From Candidatus Aminicenantes bacterium (lineage in GTDB: Bacteria; Acidobacteriota; Aminicenantia; Aminicenantales; UBA4085): a stretch of 64,000 nt of DNA. The notes under the pieces were generated by a model. That model did no database searches and had not been told where the DNA came from. It saw only the letters and a program-made list of their open reading frames with translations. Positions 46,815-56,820 of this stretch are shown piece after piece. Position numbers and translations under genes: made by a program. Within the stretch, counting starts at the first letter, position 1. Each line of letters starts with the position of its first letter. The DNA is taken from NCBI GenBank assembly GCA_003141555.1, contig PLMN01000023.1:79916-143915 (forward strand), given 5' to 3'.

Positions 46815-48748
46815 GGCCGATCCGCGTCCTTCCCCGCTATCGGGAGCTGTCCGCCGCGGGCGCCGTGCTCGCCCTCCTCCTCGGCGCCGAGGCCCTGGGC
46901 ATGTTCGGAGGCCTGGACCGATCGCTTTACGATCTTGCCTTTCGCCTCCGCGGGCCTATCCCCACGGACCGGTCCATCGTCATCGGGGCCGTCGACGACG
47001 CCTCGCTGGCCAAGCTCGGCCGGTGGCCCATCCCGAGGGAAGCCTATGCCCGGCTTCTCGACGCCCTCGCCGGAGCCCGGGCCGTCGGCCTCGACATCCT
47101 CATGATCGAGCCGTCGCCGGACGACGCGCTCCTGGGCGACGCGATCCGCCGGCACGGCCGGGTGGTGCTCGCCGCCGAAATCCGGCGCGGGCTGGAGCCC
47201 GCCGTCCCGCCCGCGCCCCTCGCGGGCGCCCCCCGCGGGCACGTCTATGTCGAGCCCGGAACGGACGGCATCGCCCGCGAGATCTTCCATACGATCTCCG
47301 CCGCGGGCGCCGTGCTCCCTTCGTTTGCCGCGGCGCTTTACGGGGTCGTCCGCGGGAAGGCGTTCCCGCGCACGACGCTCCCGCCCCGGCCCCGGGGCGC
47401 GGCGACCCTCCTCCAGCGGGATCGGATGGACATCGACTTCTACGGCGGCCCGGGCACGTATGAGGCGATCTCCGTCGGCGACATCATCGCCGGCGTCTAC
47501 CCGCCCTCGTTTTTCAAGGACAAGATCGTCCTCGTCGGCGTCACGGCGGCCGGCCTGGAGGATCGGCTGATGGTCCCCTTTTCCGGCGACCGCAATGCGA
47601 TGGCCGGCGTCGAGATCCACGCCCATATCCTGAACGGCCTCCTGGACGGGCGCCGGATTCGGCGCGCGGGGCGGGGCCTTCTCTGGCCCGCCGTCCTGGC
47701 CGGAGGGCTCCTGTTTTTCGCGTTCCTGCGGCGCCGAAGCGACGGGGGATCGGCCTTGGCCTGGGCTCTCGGCCTGGCCCTGATCGCAGGAGCCTCGTTC
47801 GCCCTCTTCGCCCGCGGGGAGATATGGGTCCAGCCCGGGCTGGTCGCGGCCGCGGCCACGGTCTCCTTCCTGACCGCCTATGCCTTCCGCCTCGACGAGG
47901 CGGCCCGGCAGCTGGACGGCAAATACCGGACGCTCAACGCCCGGCTGCGGGGAACGGCGGCCGCCCAGGATAAGCGGGGGCCCGCCGGCGCCGCGACCGG
48001 CCTTTCCGGGTTCCTGTCCCAGCGGGGCATGCAGGCCAAGATCGGCCGCCTCCTCGGCGCCGAGAAGGAGTACGAGGGCATCCTGGAGGAGACGGTCCGG
48101 CGGCGGACGGAGGAGCTGGCCCGGGCGCTGTCCATGATCAACCAGATGTCGAACGAAATGATCGTCCGGCTCATGAAGGCGGTCGAGTCGAAGGAGCGCG
48201 GCACCGGGGAACACGTCACCCGCATCGGGCAGTACGCCGAGCGCCTGGCCGCCCGGCTGGGCCTGACGGCGGACCGCGTGGAGATGATCTCCTTCGCCAG
48301 CTCCATGCACGACCTGGGGAAGATCGGCATCCCCGACCGGATCCTGCTCAAGAACGCCGCCCTCTCGCCGGAGGAATTCGTGATCATGGAGGACCACACC
48401 CGGATCGGGGGCGACATCCTGGGCTCGTCCGTTCACCCGAAGATTCAAATCTCCGCCGCGATCGCCCTGAACCACCATGAGAAATGGAACGGCGAAGGCT
48501 ACCCGCGCGGGCTCCACGGCGACGAGATCCCCATCGAGGCCCGCATCGTGGCGATCTGCGATCAGTACGATTCGCTGCGCAGCCCGCGGCCCTACAAGCC
48601 CGCTTTCGACCACGCCACGGCGATCCGGATCATCGCCGAAGGGGACGGCCGGACGTCCCCCGGCCATTTCGACCCCGAAGTGCTCAAGGCATTCCTGGAG
48701 CTGGCGCCCGTGTTCCGCGAAATCTACGACCGCCAGCCCTCCCGCTGA
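46811..48748 (+). CDS. CHASE2 + HD-GYP cyclic-dinucleotide phosphodiesterase
   Basis: [24 protein letters not shown], 3 TM; [18 protein letters not shown]; ATGA overlap with the FecR gene. Confidence 0.9.
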   Translation: MRPIRVLPRYRELSAAGAVLALLLGAEALGMFGGLDRSLYDLAFRLRGPIPTDRSIVIGAVDDASLAKLGRWPIPREAYARLLDALAGARAVGLDILMIEPSPDDALLGDAIRRHGRVVLAAEIRRGLEPAVPPAPLAGAPRGHVYVEPGTDGIAREIFHTISAAGAVLPSFAAALYGVVRGKAFPRTTLPPRPRGAATLLQRDRMDIDFYGGPGTYEAISVGDIIAGVYPPSFFKDKIVLVGVTAAGLEDRLMVPFSGDRNAMAGVEIHAHILNGLLDGRRIRRAGRGLLWPAVLAGGLLFFAFLRRRSDGGSALAWALGLALIAGASFALFARGEIWVQPGLVAAAATVSFLTAYAFRLDEAARQLDGKYRTLNARLRGTAAAQDKRGPAGAATGLSGFLSQRGMQAKIGRLLGAEKEYEGILEETVRRRTEELARALSMINQMSNEMIVRLMKAVESKERGTGEHVTRIGQYAERLAARLGLTADRVEMISFASSMHDLGKIGIPDRILLKNAALSPEEFVIMEDHTRIGGDILGSSVHPKIQISAAIALNHHEKWNGEGYPRGLHGDEIPIEARIVAICDQYDSLRSPRPYKPAFDHATAIRIIAEGDGRTSPGHFDPEVLKAFLELAPVFREIYDRQPSR

Positions 48749-48811
48749 TCGCCCTCCCCCCTCCGCCCACCGCCCACGGAAACGGGCGAGCCAATCCGAT
48801 TCGCCTGGCAT

Positions 48812-49880
48812 CCCGCCGCGGAGGAGAAGATCGTGGCCACGGCCGTGCCCGCGCCCACCTCGCTCTCGCGCAAGTTCTTCGTCTTCTTCGACTTCGCCAA
48901 CAACAACCCAAAGGGCGTCGCCAAGGCCAAGGAGGCCGCTCTCCATTTTCTGGACACCAACATCCTCCCCGGCGACGAGGTCGGATTGAGGTCCTACTCG
49001 ACCGTCAAGGGGCTGTCCATCCACGAGTACCTGACGGCCGACGCGAGGAAGGTCCGGGAAGCGGTCGACGCCCTCAGCGCCAAGGGATTGTCGGGCCGGG
49101 CCGACGACGTCGAGCAGACGTTCGGCTCGCGCTTCAGCCGCGACATCTTCTCCCAAGGGGGCGTCCAGCAGAACTCCAACCTGATTTTCAAGGACGAGAG
49201 CGTCACCGGGCTGGCGTCGCTGACCAAGCTCGCGGTCACGACGGGCGGCAAGTATTTCGGCAACATCAACGAATACGGGCGGAACATGGACCTCCTCCAG
49301 GACCTGACCGGCTCGTACTACTTCCTCGGCTACGCGATCGGCGAGGAATGGGACGGCGCATTCCACGCGATCCGGGTCGAGGTCGGGCGCAAAGGCTGCG
49401 AGGTCCGGGCCCAGGCGGGCTATTTCAACCCCAAGCCCTTCGCCGAGTACTCCGCCATCGAGAAGCAGCTCCATCTGTTCGACCTGGCCCTGTCCGACAA
49501 GCCGCTCCTCCAGACCCCGCTCGCCTTTGCCCTGGGCGCCCTGTCGTACGCCTCCGGAGAGGAGCCGCGGCTCCTTCTGCTGGCCAAGATCCCGAACGCC
49601 GTCCTCGAGAAGTTCGCCGGCCGGAAGGTCGAGATCGTGGCCGTCATCTTCGACGACCGCGTTTCTCGTCCAATCGTCGACCGGGGAGGCGATCCCCCTG
49701 CCGTTGACCGTCCTGAGCAGGACAGGGACCGGAACGAACGAGCAGCGCTTCCTCGAGATCTCTCTCGCCGGAATTCCCGCGGGGAGATACCGCCTCTACC
49801 TCCACGCCGAGGACGCGGCTTCAAAATCGTTGGCCTACGCCCAGACGGCCCTGACTCTGACGAGGGCCCCGGGGGACTGA
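48812..49880 (+). pseudogene. Truncated, internally deleted and frameshifted paralog of the downstream VWA gene
   Basis: Three segments match the protein at 49996..52284 (SRKFFVFFDF..RADDVEQ | TFG..IFDD | ..AGRYR..LAYAQTAL). No N-terminus; frameshift near 49656. Confidence 0.8.
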
Positions 49881-49995
49881 GCCGGCCCGTTCTCAGCCCG
49901 GCCGAACATCCGCCCCTCCTTTGTCTCGCCCCCGGCCCCTTCCGGATTGACTTTTTCGCGTTACTGGCGTCTTATTAAGAAGGAGGTTGCCGCCG

Positions 49996-52284
49996 ATGAT
50001 CCCTTGGAAACACAGACTTGCCCTCCTTCCGTTGATGGCCTTCTGCCTGTTCGCCGGCCCGCCTCCCGCCCTCAAGTCGGCCCCGCAGGGCGGAGCTGCA
50101 AGCGCCAGGGGCGCGACGATAGCCGCTCCGCAGGGCGGAGCTGCAAGCGCCGGCGGCGCGACAATGGCCGCTCCGCAGGACGCCGTCCGATTCCAGAATC
50201 CCATCGAGCACAATGTTGCCGTCACGTTGAAGCTCGTCCAGGTCTACGTCACCGACAAGAAGGGGAAGCCCGTCCCCGACCTGCGGAAGACGGATTTCCG
50301 GGTGTCCGACAACGGCGCCCCCGTGACGATCACGGAGTTCGAGCGCCACGTCCTCGAGCCTCCCGCGGCCGGCACGCCGGCCTCGGAGCAGGAGAAGCTG
50401 CTTTCGTCCCTGGCGCCGCCGCTCCAGCCCATGAGCCGGAAGTTTTTCATCTTTTTCGATTTCGCCTTCAATACCCAGCGCGGCTTCAACAAATCGAAAG
50501 AAGCCGCCCTTCATTTCATCGACCGCGAGCTGAAGCCCGGCGACGAGGTGGGCCTCGTATCCTACGGGACCTTCGGAGGGCTGGCCATCCATGAATTCCT
50601 GACGACCGACCACAAGAAGGTCCGGGAAGCGGTGGAAAAGATCAGCCCCCAGAGGCTCGCCGGGAGGGCGGACGACATCGAGGAACAGTACTGGCGCAAG
50701 GGCGCCGAGGGACAGCTGGTCCTGCCGACCTATACCGACCTTCACGCGGGCGTCGCGACGAAGATCCCCCAGATTTACGACTGGGAGCGCCAGGCCTCAA
50801 AGAGCCAGTCGGAGAATTTCCTGCTCAAGCTGACCTCGTTCGCCGAGGCGCTGCGCTATGTGCCGGGCCAGAAGCACATCGTCCTGTTCACCACGGGTGT
50901 CCCATCCTCCATGCTTTACGGCTCCCAACACGGCGACCCGATCGAAACTGTCCTGATCAACTCCAAAAACAGGAGCATCTTCGAAACCGGGGACCAGGTT
51001 TTACGGTCGGCCAGCGAGGAGCTGCTCAAGCAGCTGAGTGCGGCCAACTGCACCGTGTTCACGTTCGACACGCGGGAATCGGCCGTCGTCCCCTCGCTCT
51101 TCACCTACGACGACGAGACCTTCGGAGATAGGTACCGCGACCTGTTCTACGACGATGGCGTCCGCCAGGACGTGACGAACCCCCTCAAGGACGACCGGGT
51201 GACGGGCCAATACTCCCTGCGCCGGATGGCGGACGTCACGGGGGGCAAGTACTTCTCCAACATCCTCGATTACGAAAACACCCTGTCCCAGGTCCAGGAC
51301 CTGACGGGGATGTACTATGTCCTGGGTTATTCCCTCAGCGAGCAGCTGGACGGCCAATATCACAACCTCAAGGTCGAAGTCGACCGGAAGGACTGCGTCG
51401 TGCGGGCTCAGGCGGGCTACTACAACCCGAAACCCTACGCCGAATACACGGACCTGGAAAAGCAGCTCCAGCTTTACGACCTGGCCCTGTCCGAGCGGTC
51501 GTTCCTGCGAACGCCGCTCACGTTCTCGATGAGCGCCCTGTCGTTCACGATCAGTGGCGAGAACAGGGTCCAGGTGCTGTCGAAGATCCCGAACCCGGTG
51601 ATGGAGAAATTCTCGGGGAAGAAGTCCGAGCTCGTGGCCCTGATCTTCGACGACCAGGACAACCTCCTGGGCCTCCAGCGCTACGAAAGCGACCTGTCGA
51701 AGTTCAAGGGCATGGATGTCTTCTACACGTCCGGCGCCTGGGTTCCGCCCGGCCGATACAAGGCCCGCCTGGTGATCCGGGACATGGAGAACGGCTCGGC
51801 CGCCGTAGCCTCGACGTGGGTGACCGTGGTCCTCAAGCCGCTCACGGGCCTGGGGCTCAATTCGCCCCTCCTGCTGACCGCCGAAAGCAATTTCGCCTAC
51901 CTCGAATCCGTCGCGGCCAAGAAGGTCGGCCGGGCCGACTGGAAGGACGCCTATCCCTACGAGCGGGCGCGCTATTCGCCCCTCCTCGGGGCGCTGCCGG
52001 AAGGAACGCGGCGGATCTACGCCATCCTCCCCTGTTCGGCGGCGGGGCTGGTCCAGCCCGAGATCGCCGTCTCCGCCTGGCTGATCGATGCCCGGACGGG
52101 TGACAAAGTGCCGGTCCAAACGACCGTCGCGAACAAGACGGTGAACGGGAGCCTGGATATCCTGTTCCTCGAGGTCGATTTGGCCGGCGCGCCCGCGGGC
52201 AAGTACCGGATTTTCTTCAATGTCTGGGACGCGGCCTCGAATTCCATGGCCTACACCCAGACCGGGCTGGTCATCAACCCCTAG
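49996..52284 (+). CDS. Secreted VWA-domain protein (Acidobacterial VWFA-related type)
   Basis: RBS AGGAGG; signal peptide; VQVYVTDKKGKPVPDL, MADVTGGKYF, YYVLGY, VRAQAGYY. Confidence 0.88.
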   Translation: MIPWKHRLALLPLMAFCLFAGPPPALKSAPQGGAASARGATIAAPQGGAASAGGATMAAPQDAVRFQNPIEHNVAVTLKLVQVYVTDKKGKPVPDLRKTDFRVSDNGAPVTITEFERHVLEPPAAGTPASEQEKLLSSLAPPLQPMSRKFFIFFDFAFNTQRGFNKSKEAALHFIDRELKPGDEVGLVSYGTFGGLAIHEFLTTDHKKVREAVEKISPQRLAGRADDIEEQYWRKGAEGQLVLPTYTDLHAGVATKIPQIYDWERQASKSQSENFLLKLTSFAEALRYVPGQKHIVLFTTGVPSSMLYGSQHGDPIETVLINSKNRSIFETGDQVLRSASEELLKQLSAANCTVFTFDTRESAVVPSLFTYDDETFGDRYRDLFYDDGVRQDVTNPLKDDRVTGQYSLRRMADVTGGKYFSNILDYENTLSQVQDLTGMYYVLGYSLSEQLDGQYHNLKVEVDRKDCVVRAQAGYYNPKPYAEYTDLEKQLQLYDLALSERSFLRTPLTFSMSALSFTISGENRVQVLSKIPNPVMEKFSGKKSELVALIFDDQDNLLGLQRYESDLSKFKGMDVFYTSGAWVPPGRYKARLVIRDMENGSAAVASTWVTVVLKPLTGLGLNSPLLLTAESNFAYLESVAAKKVGRADWKDAYPYERARYSPLLGALPEGTRRIYAILPCSAAGLVQPEIAVSAWLIDARTGDKVPVQTTVANKTVNGSLDILFLEVDLAGAPAGKYRIFFNVWDAASNSMAYTQTGLVINP
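50080..50179 (+). repeat. 45-bp in-frame tandem repeat (about 2.2 copies) after the VWA signal peptide
   Basis: GC(C/T)CCGCAGG starts at 50080, 50125 and 50170; encodes APQGGAASA(R/G)GAT(I/M)A. Confidence 0.85.
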
Positions 52285-52338
52285 GCCGCCGTCCGGAAAG
52301 TGCCGCCCGGGGCGCGCTTCGACGGCGAGGCCCGCGAT

Positions 52339-54351
52339 CTATTTCGCCGGGAACCAGACGCGCATTTCGCCAGCGCCCCGATTGGCCCAGGCGTAATACG
52401 GAACCGCCAGGAAATCCCTCTCAGCCTTCGCCGGCCCGCCGCCGGCCGCCGCATCAACCACGGCCTTGCCCTTCAGGACGATGACTCCCTTCAACAGCCC
52501 CGGCCGGAACTCGGCCGTGAACCGCCCGCCGCCGGCCAGGCCCAGGTCGAGCACGCGCCCGCCGTTGTCCACGGCTTCGGCGCAGAAGACGAGCGGGCCG
52601 CGCTGGAGCGCGATTCTCCCGGCGTCCTCCTTCACCGACGGATGAGCCGCCACCTTTCGAATCGGCATCGGGAGCGTGAGCTCCACGGCATCCCCTTTCG
52701 TCCACGTCCGTCGGACCCGGGCATAGCCCTTGTCCATGTCGAGGGCGACCGCCGCGCCGTTGACTTTGAGGACGGGCTTCTCGTCGTTCGCATCGACGAA
52801 TCGGTAAAGGTCCGACGGCACGGGCCGGCCCGCGGCCCAGCCGGGGACGCGGACGTCGAGAGTGAACTCGGCCGGCGTCTCCGGATCGACCGCGATCCGT
52901 ACCGCGCCGTCCCAGGGATAGCGCGTGTCCTGCCGCAAAGCGACCTTCCGCCCGCCCACCTCGACGGCGGCCGTGTTGCCAATGAAGAGGTTCACATAGA
53001 GGACGTCATCCCGCATGGCATAGATATAGCCCGGCACGGATGGGAGGAAGCGGGTGATATTCGGCGGGCAGCAGGCGACCTCGAACCACGGCGCCCGGCC
53101 GACCTGGTCCATGTAGAGCTTCGTCTTGCCGTCGGATTCGAGCGGGTTCTGGTAGAAGAACGACATCCCGTCGAGGGCCACGCCCGAGATCAGGCCGTTG
53201 TACATCACCCGCTCGAGGACGTCGACATATTTCGCCTCGCCGTGGAGGAGGAACAGGCGCTCGTTCCAGAGGGCGTTGCCGACCGCGGCGCAGGTCTCGG
53301 CGTAGGCGGAGGCGTTCGGGAGCTCGTAGGCCTCGCCGAAGCCCTCCGACGTGTCGCGCGCCCCCACCCCGCCGGTCAGGTACATCTTCTTGCCGACGAC
53401 GTTGTCCCACAGCCGGTCGATGGCCGCGGCATATTCCGGCCGGCCGCCGAGGGCCGCGACGTCGGCCATGCCCGAATACATGTACATGGCCCGCACGGCA
53501 TGCCCCACGGCCTCGTCCTGCTCGAGGACGGGCTTGTGATTCTGGAGGTACTCGTCCGAGTTGTAGACGGCGAAATCGTCCTGGGGAGGATACTTCACCC
53601 CTCCGAAGTAATGGCCCCGCTCGTCGAGGAAGAACTTGGCCAGGTCGAGGTAGGCCCGGTTTCCCGTCGCGCGGAACAGCTTCGACAATCCGATTTCGAC
53701 TTCCTGGTGCCCGGGGAACCCATGCCGCCGTCCGGGCCCGAACGTCCGGACGAGGAGGTCGGCGTTCTTGACGGCGATGGCCAGGAAGCTCTTTTCCCCC
53801 GTCGCCTGGAAATGGGCGACGGCGGCCTCGTACATGTGGCCGACGTTGTAGAGTTCGTGGCTGACCCGGAGGTTCGACCAGCGCTCCGGGCCGGCCCCGG
53901 GCGCGGGATTCTTGGGGGCGATCGTCCGGTTCGTATAAAGGTATCCGTCGGACTCCTGGGCCTTGGCGATGATCGCGATCAGGTCGTCAAGCCGCTTTTT
54001 GAGCGGCGGGTCGGGCTTGAGCATCAGGGTGTAGGCGGCGCCTTCCATCGCCTTGTAGATGTCGGAATCGTTGTAGCGCTTGCCCTGATAAGTGCCCTTG
54101 ATCAGCCCCGCGGCCTTGCGGAAATTGTCCACCCGGCCGGTTTCCTCATTCTTGTTCAGGGCGAACGGAACGGTCACGGCCCGGTTGGTTTCGATCTTGG
54201 GCGCCCAGAAGACGTCGTTCACCCGGACGTTGGTGAACGGCACGGGCCGGACGGGGTAGTCGCTTTGGGGAGCGGGCGGACCAGATCGGAGAGGAAGGAT
54301 CATGAGACATAAAAGTAACGCGGCCGATAGAAGGACATTACGGTTGGTCAT
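52339..54351 (-). CDS. GH127 beta-L-arabinofuranosidase-like
   Basis: DSDIYKAMEG, HELYNVGH, GHQEVE, VGHAVRA, YAETCAA, ACCPPN. Confidence 0.92.
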   Translation of the reverse strand: MTNRNVLLSAALLLCLMILPLRSGPPAPQSDYPVRPVPFTNVRVNDVFWAPKIETNRAVTVPFALNKNEETGRVDNFRKAAGLIKGTYQGKRYNDSDIYKAMEGAAYTLMLKPDPPLKKRLDDLIAIIAKAQESDGYLYTNRTIAPKNPAPGAGPERWSNLRVSHELYNVGHMYEAAVAHFQATGEKSFLAIAVKNADLLVRTFGPGRRHGFPGHQEVEIGLSKLFRATGNRAYLDLAKFFLDERGHYFGGVKYPPQDDFAVYNSDEYLQNHKPVLEQDEAVGHAVRAMYMYSGMADVAALGGRPEYAAAIDRLWDNVVGKKMYLTGGVGARDTSEGFGEAYELPNASAYAETCAAVGNALWNERLFLLHGEAKYVDVLERVMYNGLISGVALDGMSFFYQNPLESDGKTKLYMDQVGRAPWFEVACCPPNITRFLPSVPGYIYAMRDDVLYVNLFIGNTAAVEVGGRKVALRQDTRYPWDGAVRIAVDPETPAEFTLDVRVPGWAAGRPVPSDLYRFVDANDEKPVLKVNGAAVALDMDKGYARVRRTWTKGDAVELTLPMPIRKVAAHPSVKEDAGRIALQRGPLVFCAEAVDNGGRVLDLGLAGGGRFTAEFRPGLLKGVIVLKGKAVVDAAAGGGPAKAERDFLAVPYYAWANRGAGEMRVWFPAK

Positions 54352-54398
54352 AATCGCGCCTCATATGAACTGATGTTTTGCGCAGCGGGGCAAGATCA

Positions 54399-56792
54399 TT
54401 ATTTCACCCTCACTTCGTACAGCGACACGCTGATGGGGGGAAGGGTCAGGCGGTTCCCGAACGGGGCGTCGGCGATTTCCCGGATTTTGATGACCGGCTC
54501 CTTCCCCGGGTCGTTGTAGGCGTTCGGATCCGTCCCCGTGATCAGGAACAGCCGGGCCGAGTTCGGCGCGCCGACCCCTTTCCAGGAGATCGGGAGCACC
54601 TGCGCTTCGCGCGTCGGATTGACCACGGCCAGGGTCAGCGTCTTCCTCCCGTCCTTCCAGGCGGCCGCGACGTCAAGCGGCTCCGGCGTGCCGCCGACCG
54701 GGATCGGGATCGAGCCGTAATGGGCCCGGTAGAGCTCAAGGACCAGGCCCGTCGATTCGAGCTCCACCGCGGTCTTCGTCGTCTTGACCGCTCCGATGAC
54801 GTTCACCGTCTGGGCGTAGTTGGCCATGGCGATGATGTCGCTCTGCCGGAAATACTCGTGCAACCCCGCTGCGATGCCCAGGCCGTCCTTGAGGAAATAG
54901 CGCGTCCCTATCTCGCCGAAGACGTCCGGCCCATACCAATAGTTCCACTCGTCGAGCGCCACCCGGATATCCTTGCCCTTGAGGGCCGGGATCGTGTCGC
55001 GGTAGCGGCGATGGGCATCGGCGATCCGTTTGACCTCCCGCGGGATCTGGGCGACGTGGCCCATCAGCCCGGGCATCTCCCCGCAGTAGAAGTGTTCGCT
55101 CATGAGATCCATCGCCCCCGCGTCCGCGGCGAGCATGCCCTCGCTCCAGCTTCCGATCGCCCCGACGGCGACGAGGGTGATCGAGGGGTCCTTGGCCCGC
55201 ATCGCTTGGGCAAAGCGGGCGTGCTTCAGGATGTAGTCCTCGAGCGGCATGTGGCCGAGCTGCCAGCCGCCGTACATCTCGTTGCCGATCGACCAGAACT
55301 TGACGCCCCAGGGCTGGGTCCGTCCGTTCGCGGCGCGCAGGCGGCCCATAGGCGTGTCCGCCGCGCCGTTCGCGTATTCAACCTCGTCCGCGGCGAGCTC
55401 GTCGCTGCCCTGGCCGCTGTTGACCGAGATGTAAGCGTCGGTCCCCAGCAGATGGCAGAAGTCCAGGTACTCGTGGAGCCCGACGTCGTTATGCTCGATG
55501 CCGAGCCAGGCGGGGTTTTTGCGCGGAGCGCGGCGGTCCGGGTCGCCCAGGCCCTCCCGCCAGTTGTAACCGCTGACGAAGTTCCCGCCCGGCCAGCGGT
55601 AGACGGGCGAATTGAGATTCTTAAGAACCTTGAGGACGTCGGCCCGGAAACCGTCGACGTTGTCCTCGGGCATCAGGGACACCGTCCCGACGAGGAAGGA
55701 CTCTTTGCCGGCGCTCGTGATCTCGAGGCGAGCGTTGTCGCTCGAGGCGCCGGCCGTGAACGCGAGCGGGATCTTCTTGTAGTCCGTGGTCAGGTCCCCG
55801 GCGGAGACCGTCTGCCGGTCATCCGCGCCCGGGCCCCAGACGAGGGAAATGCGAATGGGCCGGGCGCCAGGATCGGCGGCGAGCACGGCCCGGCCGACGT
55901 AGCGTCGGCCTTTGACGACCGCCAGACCGTCCTGAACGATCCCGCCCGTCTCGCCGTTGCCCCGGAGCCGGATTTCGGGGGCCTGGACGCCGACGTACGG
56001 GAGAACCGGATTCATGCGGACATTGCGCGCATCGCCGACCGGCTTCCAGGGCGATTCCTTGCCGCCGAGGGGATAGAAGAATTTCCGGTCTTCCAGCATC
56101 TCCGCCCAGATGCCCTGGTAGATGCATCGACCGAGGTGCTCGATGAACTGGCCGTAGATGTATTTCGAGATGGGAGCCCCCGTTTTGGACGCGTCGATGA
56201 CCGCGGCCGGGCTCAACGTCCGCGAAGAAAGAAGCTCAAGGGCGACATCGTCGTACCAGGCCGTCCCGGTGGCCCGGCCCCAGCCGCCGAACAGGCAGTT
56301 CACCTGGAGGGCATCGTTGGCCCCCGTGTCGAACACGAGCTCGACCCGGGTCCAATCGCGCGTCCCGGTGACGGGCGGCGTCTGGAGCTCGTCGAGGCCT
56401 TCGAGGTTGAAGAGCGCGCCGCGCGAGCGCCCGAGCGGCTTGACGTCCATGGTCTTGATCCAGCCGCTCAGCCGGTATTTGGAGTAGGGTTTGACCGCCG
56501 CGATTTGGCTCCAGGAGAGGTCGCCGCCTTCGGTCGAGGAGATCTTCGCGCTGCGCCCGCCGCCGTGGGCGGCGGCCCCGTCGATCTCCAGGACGCCCTG
56601 GGGCTGGTGCGTCGCCTTGAACCAACCCCGGGGCGCGCCGGCGTCCAGGTCCTCGAACGACGCGTATGCCAGCGCATTCGCCCCGGCGGCCTTGGACTGG
56701 CCGGCGCCGGACACCGGTCTACCCGTGGAGAACGTTGTCAGAAGAACAAGGCAAGCACAAAAGAGCGCAGGGGAATTTGCTTTTTTATTCAT
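54399..56792 (-). CDS. GH51 alpha-L-arabinofuranosidase with an N-terminal CBM-like domain
   Basis: IYGQFIEHLGRCIY, RWPGGNF, WSIGNEM, LDEWN, ANYAQTVNV. Confidence 0.92.
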   Translation of the reverse strand: MNKKANSPALFCACLVLLTTFSTGRPVSGAGQSKAAGANALAYASFEDLDAGAPRGWFKATHQPQGVLEIDGAAAHGGGRSAKISSTEGGDLSWSQIAAVKPYSKYRLSGWIKTMDVKPLGRSRGALFNLEGLDELQTPPVTGTRDWTRVELVFDTGANDALQVNCLFGGWGRATGTAWYDDVALELLSSRTLSPAAVIDASKTGAPISKYIYGQFIEHLGRCIYQGIWAEMLEDRKFFYPLGGKESPWKPVGDARNVRMNPVLPYVGVQAPEIRLRGNGETGGIVQDGLAVVKGRRYVGRAVLAADPGARPIRISLVWGPGADDRQTVSAGDLTTDYKKIPLAFTAGASSDNARLEITSAGKESFLVGTVSLMPEDNVDGFRADVLKVLKNLNSPVYRWPGGNFVSGYNWREGLGDPDRRAPRKNPAWLGIEHNDVGLHEYLDFCHLLGTDAYISVNSGQGSDELAADEVEYANGAADTPMGRLRAANGRTQPWGVKFWSIGNEMYGGWQLGHMPLEDYILKHARFAQAMRAKDPSITLVAVGAIGSWSEGMLAADAGAMDLMSEHFYCGEMPGLMGHVAQIPREVKRIADAHRRYRDTIPALKGKDIRVALDEWNYWYGPDVFGEIGTRYFLKDGLGIAAGLHEYFRQSDIIAMANYAQTVNVIGAVKTTKTAVELESTGLVLELYRAHYGSIPIPVGGTPEPLDVAAAWKDGRKTLTLAVVNPTREAQVLPISWKGVGAPNSARLFLITGTDPNAYNDPGKEPVIKIREIADAPFGNRLTLPPISVSLYEVRVK

Positions 56793-56820
56793 CTTTCCCT
56801 CCCATGTCCCGGCCGCGCAA

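Noticed and set aside
50080-50179. Possible mini-CRISPR array
   Set aside because: The units are contiguous in-frame tandem repeats with no unique spacers, and no cas genes are nearby.
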